The notes: generated by a model from the sequence alone, not told the origin. DNA of 64,000 bases from Candidatus Poribacteria bacterium (GCA_021162805.1 JAGGXZ010000185.1:3064-67063); one strand, 5' to 3'; shown: positions 29,430-41,219, counted from the first letter of the stretch. Numbers and translations: made by a program.

Positions 29430-29515
29430 CATCAAACACACCCCTATCTGCGCGGCGGTGCCCTTTGGGGGCGAGGGTTTTGTGCAGGCGGAGAGGGGTG
29501 GAAGGATAACCGCTA
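29430..29515 (+). promoter_or_regulatory. Probable rpsB (S2) autoregulatory leader RNA
   Basis: ACACACCCCT...AGGGGTGGA stem in the rpsB 5'UTR, resembling known S2 leaders. Confidence 0.55.
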
Positions 29516-29532
29516 GTAAGGAGGTTTTGAAA

Positions 29533-30459
29533 TTGTTTAACGTCACGATGAAGCAGCTTCTGGAAGCAGGAATGCACTTCGGGCATCAGACCAGGCGTTG
29601 GAATCCGAAGATGGCCCGATACATCTTCACGGAGCGGAACGGCATCTACATCATCGATCTGCAAAAAACCCTCCGGATGATGAAGATCGCCTATGACTTC
29701 CTCCAAGAGCTGGCCGCCCAGGGCGGTAAGGTTCTCTTCGTCGGCACCAAGAAACAGGCCCAGGATTCGGTTAAGGAACAGGCCGAAAGGTGCGGGATGT
29801 ACTACGTCAATCAGAGATGGCTCGGAGGGATGTTGACCAACTTTCAAACCATTCGCAGAAGCATCGATAGATTGCTGGAGCTGGAACGAATGGAAGAGGA
29901 AGGGACCTTCGAGAAGCTCCCTAAGAAAGAGGTGGTTAAACTCCAGCGCGAGAAGGAGAAACTAGAGAGAAATCTGGGTGGCATCAAAACCATGGAAAAG
30001 CTTCCCGATGCCGTGCTGATCGTCGATACCCGAAGCGAGAGGATAGCCGTTGCCGAGGCCAACAAACTCGGCATTCCGATCGTCGCCGTGGTCGATACGA
30101 ACTGTGACCCGGATCTGATCGACTATCCTATACCCGGCAACGACGATGCGATACGATCGATCAGGCTTTTCTGTACGCTCATGGCCGATGCCATCCTGGA
30201 AGGCAAGGGTGAGCTGATGGAAGGGGAACTGGTGGAGGAAGGTGCTGAGACACCTGCTGAGGTCAAAGCTGAAACCGAAACGCCTGAACCTGAAGAAGAA
30301 ATGACAGGCGGGGAGGAAGCTGAGGAGGAGAAAACTGAAACTGAGGAGGTAGCCGAAGAATCGGTCGAGGAAGATCAAGGAGAGGACGTTCAGGAAGATG
30401 TTCAAGAGGAAGTCCAAGAAGAGGTCCAAGATCAAAACGACCAGGAGGAGGTAGCATAG
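29533..30459 (+). CDS. rpsB: 30S ribosomal protein S2 with long acidic tail
   Basis: '[19 protein letters not shown]', '[10 protein letters not shown]'; TTG start after AAGGAGGT. Confidence 0.97.
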   Translation: MFNVTMKQLLEAGMHFGHQTRRWNPKMARYIFTERNGIYIIDLQKTLRMMKIAYDFLQELAAQGGKVLFVGTKKQAQDSVKEQAERCGMYYVNQRWLGGMLTNFQTIRRSIDRLLELERMEEEGTFEKLPKKEVVKLQREKEKLERNLGGIKTMEKLPDAVLIVDTRSERIAVAEANKLGIPIVAVVDTNCDPDLIDYPIPGNDDAIRSIRLFCTLMADAILEGKGELMEGELVEEGAETPAEVKAETETPEPEEEMTGGEEAEEEKTETEEVAEESVEEDQGEDVQEDVQEEVQEEVQDQNDQEEVA

Positions 30460-31068
30460 ATGCAGGTCACCGCCGAAATGGTCAAATCCCTCAGGGAGAA
30501 AACTGGCGCTGGAATAATGGACTGCAAAAAGGCGCTCCAGGAGACAAACGGCGATATGGAAGCCGCCGTAGAATGGCTCAGACGCAAGGGGATAAGCACG
30601 TATGATAAGAGAAAACACAGAGCGGCTTCGGAAGGCGTCATAGCCTCCTATATTCACGCCGGTAGTAAGATCGGGGTGCTCCTGGAGCTTAACTGCGAGA
30701 CGGACTTCGTCGCCAGGACCGATATCTTCCAGCAACTGGCCAAGGACGTGGCGATGCAGATCGCCGCAACTGATCCCAAATACATCAGTAAGGAGGACGT
30801 TCCTCCCGAGGTGGTCGAGAGGGAAAAGGAGATCCTCCGTGAGCAGGCCCTCAACGAAGGCAGACCTGAGAGGGTGATCGATAGAATCGTTGAGGGAAGG
30901 CTCGAGAAGTTCTTCACCGAGGCCTGCCTGCTGGAGCAACCCTTCATCAAGGATGACAGCAAAACGGTTGGAGAACTGGTCAAAGAGGTCTCCGCCAAAG
31001 TAGGCGAAAACATCGTCGTCAGAAGATTCACCAGATATGTCCTCGGCCGATCGGATGACTCAGATTAA
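30460..31068 (+). CDS. tsf: Elongation factor Ts (short form)
   Basis: 'LREKTGAGIMDCKKAL', 'ELNCETDFVA'. Confidence 0.97.
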   Translation: MQVTAEMVKSLREKTGAGIMDCKKALQETNGDMEAAVEWLRRKGISTYDKRKHRAASEGVIASYIHAGSKIGVLLELNCETDFVARTDIFQQLAKDVAMQIAATDPKYISKEDVPPEVVEREKEILREQALNEGRPERVIDRIVEGRLEKFFTEACLLEQPFIKDDSKTVGELVKEVSAKVGENIVVRRFTRYVLGRSDDSD

Positions 31069-31780
31069 ACCCGTCTACAAGAGGGTGATATTGGAGCTGA
31101 GCGGTGAGATGTTTCGGGGGGAGCCTCCCGGGGGAGAACCGATAGATTTCTCCTTCCTGGGGGGGCTCTCCCGAAAGCTGATTCAGATCCGGAATATGGG
31201 CGTTCAGCTCGGAGTGGTCGTCGGCGGCGGGAACATCTGGCGCGGAGCGGAGCACGGAGAGCTGGATCGGGTCACATCCGATCAGATCGGGATGCTCGCC
31301 ACCGTCATCAACGCTCTTACCCTTGGCGGGATGCTCAGGAAGTTGGGTTGTAGCGCTTTTGTCTTCAGCGCCATCAGCATAAACAGGGTGGCCGAGAGCC
31401 CCTCGCATCTGGAGCTGATGAAAAGGATGGAACGAGGTGAGATCGTCATCTTCGCCGGCGGCACCGGAAACCCCTTTTTCACCACGGACACTGGCGCTGT
31501 TCTCAGGGCGTTGGAGGTGAAAGCTGACGCCGTGCTTAAAGGCACAAAGGTCGATGGCTTATATTCAGACGATCCTTTCGAAAACCCAAATGCCGTCAGA
31601 TACTCTGAACTGACCTGCGATGATGCGCTGAATTTGAAAGCCGGCGTCATGGATCTGACAGCGTTCGCTCTCTGCAGGGGCAAGGAGCTTGAAATAGTGA
31701 TCTTCAAGCTTCTTCCTCTCGATAACATGATCGAAGTCATCCTTGGACATCCCATAGGAACCAGAATAAGGGGGAAATAA
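31055..31780 (+). CDS. pyrH: UMP kinase (divergent; KLSGE reads ELSGE)
   Basis: 'GGGNIWRG', '[10 protein letters not shown]', 'KVDGLY', 'VMD'; lies between tsf and frr. Confidence 0.92.
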   Translation: MTQIKPVYKRVILELSGEMFRGEPPGGEPIDFSFLGGLSRKLIQIRNMGVQLGVVVGGGNIWRGAEHGELDRVTSDQIGMLATVINALTLGGMLRKLGCSAFVFSAISINRVAESPSHLELMKRMERGEIVIFAGGTGNPFFTTDTGAVLRALEVKADAVLKGTKVDGLYSDDPFENPNAVRYSELTCDDALNLKAGVMDLTAFALCRGKELEIVIFKLLPLDNMIEVILGHPIGTRIRGK

Positions 31781-31781
31781 A

Positions 31782-32354
31782 ATGGCTGACGAGAGAAGTT
31801 TGAAGGCTCTGCTTAAAGATACTGAAGCGAGGATGAAGAAGGCAGTTGAGGCAACCTCCAAGGAGTTCGCCACCATAAGGGCCGGAAGGGCCTCGCCGAC
31901 CATGCTCGAGGGGATTCAGGTCGATTACTACGGAAGCAGATTACCCGTCAATCAACTTGCAACCATCTCCATCCCCGAGCCGCGCGTGATATTGATCCAA
32001 CCCTGGGATAAAAACGCCATTAAAGATATCGAGAAGGCGATATCTCAATCCGATCTCGGATTTAACGTGCTGAGCGATAAGAACGTCATAAGGTTGGTTC
32101 TCCCTGAGGTCACCGAGGAGAGAAGAAAGGAGCTGGTCAAGGTCGTTCGCAGGATCGCCGAGGAGGGCAGAGTGGCCGTTCGTAACATCAGGCGGGACGC
32201 TATAGAGAAGCTGAGGAAGATGGAAAAAGACGGTGAGATCTCCGAGGACGATAGCAGAAGATATCAAAACGAGGTGCAGAAACTCACCGATAAATACGTC
32301 GATCAGATCAACGAACACTTGGAGAACAAGGAGAAGGAGTTACTTGAAGTCTGA
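31782..32354 (+). CDS. frr: Ribosome recycling factor
   Basis: 'IRAGRASP', '[10 protein letters not shown]', 'VRNIRRDA'. Confidence 0.97.
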   Translation: MADERSLKALLKDTEARMKKAVEATSKEFATIRAGRASPTMLEGIQVDYYGSRLPVNQLATISIPEPRVILIQPWDKNAIKDIEKAISQSDLGFNVLSDKNVIRLVLPEVTEERRKELVKVVRRIAEEGRVAVRNIRRDAIEKLRKMEKDGEISEDDSRRYQNEVQKLTDKYVDQINEHLENKEKELLEV

Positions 32355-33105
32355 AAGGGATCTGAGCGAACTTTCGGTCGAGGAGCTGAAAGCTCTTCTC
32401 GACCCCGACAACCTTCCCAGGCATATCGCCATCATAATGGACGGCAACGGCAGGTGGGCTCAGAAACGCCACCTGCCGAGAACTGAAGGACATAAGGCCG
32501 CTGTTCAGTCCGTCAGGGATGTTGTCGAGATATGCGGTGAGATCGGAATAGAGGCGCTCACGCTCTATTCCTTCTCGACCGAAAACTGGAAACGCCCCAG
32601 ATCTGAGATCAGGGTGTTGATGGCCATTCTTAGAGAGCAGCTCAGGAGGGAGAGGAGGGAACTCGACCGCAATAACGTTCAGGTCAGAGCTATAGGCGAT
32701 ATAGAGAATCTGCCCCCCGATGTGCTGGACGAGCTTGAAAAGACGATCGAACAAACCAAGGATAACACGGGGTTGAAGCTGGTCCTGGCCCTCAATTACG
32801 GCGGGAGAAAGGAGATCACGCGCGCCGCCAGGATGATAGCCGATAAGGTCAAATCGGGCCGGCTGAGCCCCGATGAGATCGATGAGGATCTCATCTCAGA
32901 TCATCTCTACACCTCCGACCTTCCGGATCCCGATCTGCTCATAAGGACGAGCGGTGAGATGCGGGTGAGCAATTTTCTGCTCTGGCAGATCGCATATACG
33001 GAGCTCTACATAACGCCGGTGTTGTGGCCCGATTTCCGGAAGCGGCATCTGCTTGAGGCGGTAATAGATTATCAGAGACGTGAAAGGAGATTCGGTGGTA
33101 TCTGA
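32344..33105 (+). CDS. uppS: Undecaprenyl diphosphate synthase
   Basis: '[13 protein letters not shown]', 'FSTENWKRP', '[16 protein letters not shown]'; start approximate. Confidence 0.95.
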   Translation: MKSERDLSELSVEELKALLDPDNLPRHIAIIMDGNGRWAQKRHLPRTEGHKAAVQSVRDVVEICGEIGIEALTLYSFSTENWKRPRSEIRVLMAILREQLRRERRELDRNNVQVRAIGDIENLPPDVLDELEKTIEQTKDNTGLKLVLALNYGGRKEITRAARMIADKVKSGRLSPDEIDEDLISDHLYTSDLPDPDLLIRTSGEMRVSNFLLWQIAYTELYITPVLWPDFRKRHLLEAVIDYQRRERRFGGI

Positions 33106-33893
33106 TGCTTAGAAGAATCCTGAGTGCTTTCCTGTTCGTTCCGATCATCCTCGCTTTATCCCTTCATCCGATTTCGTTTACGGCCCTTTCGTGTGTCATA
33201 ACCGTTATGATCTATCTGGAGTTTGTAAGGATAGGTCGAAACCTGGGGGTATGGTTTCCAGAACCCATTGGTGTGTTGACCGTGGGGATAATGCCGATAC
33301 TGGCCTATCTCAGTCTGAACCCTATGCCCTTCCTGATCGGGGCGATCCTGTTGATCTCTCTTTTCAATGTGGTCCATCGAAAGGGTGAAGGAGCTCTGCT
33401 TTCGCTTTCCTCTGCCGTTTTCGGCCTCATATACATCGGCTGGATGTATGGGTTTCACCTGGTGGAGCTCAGGATGATGGATGAAGGGCTGAAACTCATA
33501 TTGTTGCTTTTGGCCGTGATATGGCTGGGGGACACGGGAGCGTATTTCACTGGCAGGGCGATCGGCAGACATAAGCTCATCCCTGCCGTTAGCCCTGGCA
33601 AGACGATCGAGGGATCGATAGGCGGTCTGATATGGGGGATGGGAGGGGCAGTGGCGGTTAAATACATCTTCAACTTAGACCTGCTGTCGCTTCCCCATCT
33701 TATCTCTCTCAGCTTGGTGATGGGGATAACAGGGCAGATAGGGGATCTGACGGAATCCATCATAAAGAGAAACGCGGGGATAAAGGATTCGGGAAACCTC
33801 ATTCCGGGACACGGCGGCATGTTCGATCGATGCGACAGCATGATCCCGGCCGTTCCCGTTATGATTATCTACCTGAGGATGTTTCAAGCATGA
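33105..33893 (+). CDS. cdsA: Phosphatidate cytidylyltransferase
   Basis: 'SPGKTIEG', 'GDLTESIIKR', 'KDSGNLIPGHGGMFDRCDS'. Confidence 0.95.
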   Translation: MLRRILSAFLFVPIILALSLHPISFTALSCVITVMIYLEFVRIGRNLGVWFPEPIGVLTVGIMPILAYLSLNPMPFLIGAILLISLFNVVHRKGEGALLSLSSAVFGLIYIGWMYGFHLVELRMMDEGLKLILLLLAVIWLGDTGAYFTGRAIGRHKLIPAVSPGKTIEGSIGGLIWGMGGAVAVKYIFNLDLLSLPHLISLSLVMGITGQIGDLTESIIKRNAGIKDSGNLIPGHGGMFDRCDSMIPAVPVMIIYLRMFQA

Positions 33894-34741
33894 GCGTTAT
33901 GATGAAAACCTTTCATAAGATCTATATCGGCAACTCCCGAAAAATGACGGAAGTTCCTGATCAATTCGTTCACTGTGTGGTAACCAGTCCACCCTACGTA
34001 ACTACCAAGATGGAAAAGGGGCAGGAGTTCGATTATAACTCATATCGGGATATGATCCGCGATGTCTTTCAGGAGGTATGGCGAGTTCTGATACCAGATG
34101 GGCGATTTTGTCTCAATGTAGCCGACATCCGGACGAAATATTTCTATAAGGAAAATAATCTCTATCGAGCGCCTATATCCAGTGACCTCCTGATGCTCTG
34201 TCACGAGATCGGATTTCGGCTGCTCGATGTCTTCATCTGGGATAAGGGATTTAACCGGAACTTCGGCGGACCGCTTTTAGGTTCTTATCTCTATCCGGCT
34301 ACAATCTATAATAACGTCTACTTTGAATATATCTTCATCTTGAAAAAGCCCGGCAAACGTCAGGTTGATCCGGCAATTAAAGAGGCCAGCAGGATTGACA
34401 AGCACACCTGGAAGGAGTATGTTCAGCGCATCTGGCGCGTGGAAACGGAGACGGAATGGTTTGAAGGTCACGAGGCGGTTTTCCCTGAGGAGATACCCAG
34501 AAGGCTAATTCGCATGTATTCCTTCGTGGGCGATACGATCCTTGACCCTTTCCTGGGATCGGGGACGACGACGCTAGCTGCTATGAACTTAGGTCGTAAC
34601 AGCATAGGTTATGAAATCAACGAAAAGCTGATACCGGTGATCAAAAGAAGATTAGGAATAGATCAACCCCTTTTGATAACCGGAGGAGCTGAGATCGAGA
34701 TTACATTTGCGAGATATCGAGACCGCGAGGTTATGGAGTGA
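33890..34741 (+). CDS. Beta-class N4-C/N6-A DNA methyltransferase
   Basis: 'VTSPPY' before 'HEAVFP' and 'DPFLGSGTT'; ATGA-coupled to cdsA. Confidence 0.92.
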   Translation: MSVMMKTFHKIYIGNSRKMTEVPDQFVHCVVTSPPYVTTKMEKGQEFDYNSYRDMIRDVFQEVWRVLIPDGRFCLNVADIRTKYFYKENNLYRAPISSDLLMLCHEIGFRLLDVFIWDKGFNRNFGGPLLGSYLYPATIYNNVYFEYIFILKKPGKRQVDPAIKEASRIDKHTWKEYVQRIWRVETETEWFEGHEAVFPEEIPRRLIRMYSFVGDTILDPFLGSGTTTLAAMNLGRNSIGYEINEKLIPVIKRRLGIDQPLLITGGAEIEITFARYRDREVME

Positions 34742-34745
34742 TTCC

Positions 34746-35594
34746 ATGTCAGATCGAATAACGTTGGAAGAATTGCTTGAGCAGATCGAGCGAATCCCCG
34801 CAGAGTGGTTAAACGACATAGGACGCAAGGTTATCGATGCCATTCCTAAAATAATCGGACGAATAAACCGTTCTCCGTTGGACCAATCGACTATTACGAC
34901 GCTATTAGAGGAAGAGACTTACGCATTGGATGTCTTTCGACTATTCTTGGATCTCTCTCAGGACGCCATCGCTAATGAGATTAACGCCAGGGGGATCAGA
35001 GGAGACTTCGCCTCAATCCGAAGCAAATGTAGCCGTCATGCTGACGAGATCGCAGAAGCACTCGTAGCCTTGGGATTGATAGACACGATAGAAGCCCATC
35101 GAGCTCGCGATTGGAAACTGCAAGATATTTTACTGGAACGCTATAAACACATGCGCGGCCATGCTATTCGTGGCCAACGGCGAGGCGCTGCCATTGAAGA
35201 TGCTGTAGAGGATATTCTTAAGGGTCTCCAACATGAGATCGGTATATCTTATGACTCCAAAGCGAATTTCATCAGTAGATTCGGCGAAGAGGCTAAAGCT
35301 GATTTTATGATTCCCTCTCGTTTTGAACCTCAAATCATAATTGAAGTAAAAGGGTATGAAGCAACGGGTAGCAAGCTTACCGACGTGCTTGGGGATATCC
35401 TCAAGATATTGAAGGCTAAAGATCCGGAAACGCATTTCTTCCTCGTGACTGACGGAATCGGGTGGTATCGACAATTAAGCGACCTGCGTCACATCGTAGC
35501 GTATCATCATAGTGGAGAAATTGAGATGATCTACACGAGAAAAACGCTTTTAAATTTGAAAGATAGAATCAGACAGATTATCAAAGGGGAATGA
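34746..35594 (+). CDS. Type II restriction endonuclease, DpnII-like PD-(D/E)xK
   Basis: 'KADFMIP...IIEVKGY..TGSKL', 'FFLVTDGIGW'; adjacent to the MTase; more AT-rich. Confidence 0.8.
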   Translation: MSDRITLEELLEQIERIPAEWLNDIGRKVIDAIPKIIGRINRSPLDQSTITTLLEEETYALDVFRLFLDLSQDAIANEINARGIRGDFASIRSKCSRHADEIAEALVALGLIDTIEAHRARDWKLQDILLERYKHMRGHAIRGQRRGAAIEDAVEDILKGLQHEIGISYDSKANFISRFGEEAKADFMIPSRFEPQIIIEVKGYEATGSKLTDVLGDILKILKAKDPETHFFLVTDGIGWYRQLSDLRHIVAYHHSGEIEMIYTRKTLLNLKDRIRQIIKGE

Positions 35595-36745
35595 AGGGAA
35601 TCGCCATTTTAGGTTCAACGGGATCAATTGGGAGAAACGCCCTTCAGGTGATCGAGTCGCTTCCGGACGAGTTAAAAGCGGTTGGGCTTGCCGCCAGACG
35701 CAGTGTGGAGACGATAACCGAACAGGCTCTGAGGTTCCAGGTCAAGGCGATCGCTCTTTCAGATGAAGCGGCGGCTCAAAGGGCGTCTCAGATGCTGGAG
35801 GGGACAGGCATTAAAGTATTCAGCGGACAAGAAGGCGTTTTAAGGATAGCGGTGATGGATGAGGCCGATATGGTGGTCTCATCCATGGTCGGCATCTCAG
35901 GTTTATTGCCGACGCTTGAGGCCATCCGCAACGGTAAGGACGTCGCCTTCGCCAATAAGGAGGTATTGGTGGCTGGAGGTGAGATCGTCATGAGGGAAAT
36001 CGAGAGATACGGCGTTAACTTTCTTCCCGTCGATAGCGAGATAAGCGCCATATTCCAATGCCTACAGGGTAGATCGAGGGATGAGGTCAAAAGGTTGATC
36101 CTCACCGCATCAGGAGGTCCGTTCAAAGGGTTTTCACCACGCGAGCTTGAAGGTGTAACCGTCTCACAGGCTCTCAGACATCCAAACTGGAGGATGGGAT
36201 CTAAGGTCACGATAGATTCAGCCACGCTGATGAACAAGGGATTTGAGGTGATCGAATCGATGTGGCTGTTCGGGATGGAGCTTGAGAGGATAGATGTGGT
36301 CGTGCATCCCCAAAGCATCGTCCACTCGATGGTCGAACTCGTGGACGGCTCCATCATAGCCCAGCTGGGCGTACCCGACATGCGAACTCCGATCCAATAT
36401 GCCCTCACCTATCCCAGAAGAACGCCTGCCCCTGACAGATATCTGAACCTGGTGGAGGTGGGAACTTTGACGTTTGAGCCCGTGGATATGAAGGCATTCC
36501 CGTGTCTGGGATATGCATACGAGGCGGCGAGGATAGGCGGCAGCATGCCGGCCGTCATGAGCGCTGCCGATGAGGTGGCGGTCGCCGCCTTCATAGACGG
36601 AAGGATCAAATTCACCGATATACCGAAGCTCATAAAGAGGGTCATGGATGCCCATGAACCTGTTTTCTCCCCGTCGCTCGATGACCTCCTGGAGGCGGAT
36701 AGATGGGGGAGGGAGACGGCGGAGAAGATAATCGAGGAGGGATGA
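35591..36745 (+). CDS. dxr: 1-deoxy-D-xylulose 5-phosphate reductoisomerase
   Basis: 'ILGSTGSIG', 'LPVDSE', 'HPNWRMG.KVTIDSATLMNKG'. Confidence 0.97.
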   Translation: MKGIAILGSTGSIGRNALQVIESLPDELKAVGLAARRSVETITEQALRFQVKAIALSDEAAAQRASQMLEGTGIKVFSGQEGVLRIAVMDEADMVVSSMVGISGLLPTLEAIRNGKDVAFANKEVLVAGGEIVMREIERYGVNFLPVDSEISAIFQCLQGRSRDEVKRLILTASGGPFKGFSPRELEGVTVSQALRHPNWRMGSKVTIDSATLMNKGFEVIESMWLFGMELERIDVVVHPQSIVHSMVELVDGSIIAQLGVPDMRTPIQYALTYPRRTPAPDRYLNLVEVGTLTFEPVDMKAFPCLGYAYEAARIGGSMPAVMSAADEVAVAAFIDGRIKFTDIPKLIKRVMDAHEPVFSPSLDDLLEADRWGRETAEKIIEEG

Positions 36746-36751
36746 GAGAGG

Positions 36752-38077
36752 ATGGTATGGCTTTCTAACCTTTACGTATTCGTCGTGGCCGTTATATCGC
36801 TCGGGTTCATAATCTTCATCCATGAGCTCGGCCACTTTATAGCCGCCAAGCGATCGGGCGTTAAGGTCGAGAGGTTCTCGCTCGGATTCGGCCCGAGGCT
36901 GTTTGGATTGGTAAGGGATGGGACAGACTATTGCATCTCGCTTCTGCCTTTCGGCGGATACGTCAAGATGAAGGGCGAAGGGCCGGGCAAGGACATGAAG
37001 GTGAACGAGGATCCGGATTCCTTCGCGGCAGCCTCCATCGGTAAACGCATGTTCATAGCCATCTCCGGACCGGCCATGAACGTGCTGCTCGGGATATTGG
37101 CCTTTTCGCTCGTCTATATGATCGGCATGCCTCAGACGAACCAGAGCACGCAGATAGGATACGTCCTACCTGATTCCCCGGCCGAAAAAGCAGGGCTTAG
37201 ACCCGGGGATGTGATACTCGCCATAAATGGCGAGAAAACCTCAAGCTGGGATGAAGTCAGGGAGAATATCCTCGTCCATCCAGGGGAGGAGATAACTTTA
37301 AAGGTGCGCCGTGGGGAAAAAGTGCTCACCCTCAGGGCTGTCCCAGAGGAGTTTAAGCAGGAGAAGATGGGCAAGGTGGGTAAATTGGGGATCGTCCAGG
37401 TGATAGATCCGGTCGTCCGAAAGGTTCAGCCTGGAAGCCCCGCCTCCGAGCTCGGCATCCGGCCCGGAGACAGGATCATCTCCGTCAACGGAAGGCCTAT
37501 CACACATTTCATGGAGATCATCACTGAGGCCGAGAGAAACCCAAGTGAACCGATCAGGCTCGGGGTTGAGCGAGATGGAAGGAGGTTCACCGTAAGCCTG
37601 AAGCTGGAATTCGACGAGAACGGAGAGGTAAAGGATCTGGGAGGGATGTTCTTCGGAAGCGAGATCAAGCTGATCAGATATGATCCCATACGTGCGATCG
37701 GCGCGGGGATCAAACAGAGCGTCCTGACGGTGGATAAAACACTTGTCGTGCTGAAAAAACTTATACTACATGAGATCTCACCCAGATATGTAAGCGGTCC
37801 GCTTGGGATCATCGAGATAACCGCCAGCGTTTTCAGAGTTGGGTTTTCAGGATTCCTCTTCGTATTGGGATTCATAAGCATCAACATCGCCATCATTAAC
37901 CTCCTCCCTATCCCCATAGCCGACGGCGGACAGATCCTCTTCTTCGCCGTTGAGAAGGTGAGAGGCAAACCGCTCAGCCCCAAGAAGCAGCTCATCATAC
38001 AGCAGGCCAGCATATTGTTCCTTATAATCCTGTTCATCCTCGTCACGTGGAACGACATCCTCAGGATGATAAGCTGA
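36752..38077 (+). CDS. rseP: RIP metalloprotease RseP (two PDZ domains)
   Basis: 'HELGH', 'PFGGYVKM', 'NLLPIPIADGG'. Confidence 0.95.
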   Translation: MVWLSNLYVFVVAVISLGFIIFIHELGHFIAAKRSGVKVERFSLGFGPRLFGLVRDGTDYCISLLPFGGYVKMKGEGPGKDMKVNEDPDSFAAASIGKRMFIAISGPAMNVLLGILAFSLVYMIGMPQTNQSTQIGYVLPDSPAEKAGLRPGDVILAINGEKTSSWDEVRENILVHPGEEITLKVRRGEKVLTLRAVPEEFKQEKMGKVGKLGIVQVIDPVVRKVQPGSPASELGIRPGDRIISVNGRPITHFMEIITEAERNPSEPIRLGVERDGRRFTVSLKLEFDENGEVKDLGGMFFGSEIKLIRYDPIRAIGAGIKQSVLTVDKTLVVLKKLILHEISPRYVSGPLGIIEITASVFRVGFSGFLFVLGFISINIAIINLLPIPIADGGQILFFAVEKVRGKPLSPKKQLIIQQASILFLIILFILVTWNDILRMIS

Positions 38078-38255
38078 GCCCATCCCTGTTGTTTGAAAGG
38101 CCTTCCGCTCCCCGCGGAGAAACTGACCGATTTTCAGGAGAGGGAGACCCCTGAAGGGCGGTTCTTGAAAGGCGATGAGTCGCTCCCCATAAGCAATTGA
38201 ATCCAGAGATCAGGTGTGTTAAACTTTAATCGAATTCACCGGAAGGAGGAACAGG

Positions 38256-39023
38256 ATGAAGCTCGGTATCGTCACGTATAACATAGCCAAAGATTGGGAT
38301 CTGGAGACGATCCTGAAGGTCTGTCAGACCGTTGGGTTGGAAGGGGTAGAGTTGAGGACTACCCACGCTCATGGCGTCGAGGTGACGTTGTCCTCCGAGG
38401 AACGACGGAAGGTCAGGAAGATGTTCGAGGATTCGCCAGTGGAGCTGGCCGGGTTGGGAAGCGCTTTCGAATATCATTCGCCCGATCCGGATGAGTTGAA
38501 ACGGAACATCGAGGGGACAAAGGAATATGTCAAGCTCGCCGCCGATGTCGGGGCGCCGGGCGTGAAGGTCAGACCGAACAATCTGCCCGATGGCGTGCCG
38601 ATCGAGAAAACTCTGGAACAGATCGGCCTTGCTCTGAGGGAAGTGGGGGAATTCGCCGCCGATTACGGCGTTCAGATAAGACTCGAGGTTCACGGAAGAG
38701 GTACCTCCCATATCCCCTATATAAGAAGGATACTCGACGTGGCGGATCACGATAACGTGCTTGTATGCTGGAACTCAAACAGAACCGATATCGCCGAGGA
38801 TGGAACTATAAAGCCGAACTTCGATCTGGTAAAGGGTAGGATCGGTCTGGTGCATATAAACGAGCTTTACTCCGATTATCCGTGGAAGGAACTGTTCAAG
38901 CTGCTCAAGGAATCAGGGTATCAGGGATTTACCCTGGCGGAGATACCGGGATGTCCGGATGTGGATAGCGCTATCAGGCTGTTGAGGTATTACAAAGCTC
39001 TGTGGCAGGAACTTCAGGAATAG
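38256..39023 (+). CDS. Sugar phosphate isomerase/epimerase (TIM barrel)
   Basis: 'GVELRTTHAHGVE', 'LEVHG', 'CWNSN'. Confidence 0.85.
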   Translation: MKLGIVTYNIAKDWDLETILKVCQTVGLEGVELRTTHAHGVEVTLSSEERRKVRKMFEDSPVELAGLGSAFEYHSPDPDELKRNIEGTKEYVKLAADVGAPGVKVRPNNLPDGVPIEKTLEQIGLALREVGEFAADYGVQIRLEVHGRGTSHIPYIRRILDVADHDNVLVCWNSNRTDIAEDGTIKPNFDLVKGRIGLVHINELYSDYPWKELFKLLKESGYQGFTLAEIPGCPDVDSAIRLLRYYKALWQELQE

Positions 39024-39092
39024 GAGATAGAGAGGAGCCAGGAGCTAGCTGTAACTCCGAATTTCTTTTGTTCCTGGTTCCTCTCCCCTCGT
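39022..39092. repeat. Degenerate inverted heptamer array between convergent genes
   Basis: AGGAG.. units facing TTCCTGG TTCCTCT CCCCTCG. Confidence 0.55.
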
Positions 39093-39101
39093 TACCATCG
39101 A

Positions 39102-40526
<1,425 letters not shown>

Positions 40527-40617
40527 TTCAACCTACCTCCTCGCTTAAATCTCCGATATCAACATCAATTTCTATTTACGAACTTCACGTTCGACCGGTT
40601 GACCATACCTTTAGAAT

Positions 40618-40801
40618 ACGCTCATATTATCGCTAAGTTAAGTGTAGCAGAGATCTGAGAGGTCAGAAGTGCTTATTTCTCAGGGCAAAAAGGAACAAGG
40701 AACTAGGAGCGAGGAACGAGGATTTTCATCTCCTCGTTCCTAGTTCCTTTCTCCTCGTTCCTCCTCATGGATAACCGCTACACCCAGGGAAATAAGAGCG
40801 A
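40618..40801. repeat. Nested inverted-repeat element, family A, with heptamer cargo
   Basis: Shell as at 25766; internal AGGAACA/AGGAACT/AGGAGCG/AGGAACG units facing TCCTCGT/TCCTAGT. Confidence 0.85.
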
Positions 40802-40853
40802 ATTGCTTAACTCTCACTTACGCCCTACGCAGTACGTCTCTTTCCTCTCCTTG

Positions 40854-41210
40854 TCACCCTGTCTCCCCTACTTCTTCAATCGGTATCTCCCTCGGTTTAG
40901 CCTGCTCTTTCTTGGGCAGGGTCAGCTCCAGCACGCCGTCGACCAACTTAGCTTTTATACTGCTTGTATCTATCTCATCTGAAAGGGTGAAGGCCCTGTG
41001 GTAATCCCCCTCTCTTGGGCACTCATTTAGAAGGAACTTCCCCTCTTCGCTCTCTTTGAGATGTCCGATTATCTCCAGATCGTTGCCTTCGACTCTTATC
41101 TCCACATCCTCCTTTTTAACGCCGGGCATTTCGGCCCAAAGCAGTATCTTATCATCGGTCTCGCAGATATCGACCGGCGCATAAAGCCTTTTTTCGGTCA
41201 TCTTACTCAC
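40854..41210 (-). CDS. Hsp20/alpha-crystallin small heat-shock protein
   Basis: 'AEMPGV', 'DGVLELTLPK', 'PREIPI'. Confidence 0.92.
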   Translation of the reverse strand: MSKMTEKRLYAPVDICETDDKILLWAEMPGVKKEDVEIRVEGNDLEIIGHLKESEEGKFLLNECPREGDYHRAFTLSDEIDTSSIKAKLVDGVLELTLPKKEQAKPREIPIEEVGETG

Positions 41211-41219
41211 CCCCTTTCC

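Noticed and set aside
29503-29514. GGATAACCGCTA match to the family-A right end in the rpsB leader
   Set aside because: No left end or outer repeat; probably a chance match within the leader.
29962-30939. Long antisense ORF over rpsB/tsf (and similar shadow ORFs across the window)
   Set aside because: Opposite-strand shadows of well-supported genes, with no recognisable motifs.
38085-38214. Firm call as 6S RNA, glycine or TPP riboswitch
   Set aside because: Only fragmentary motif similarity; kept as an unassigned candidate.
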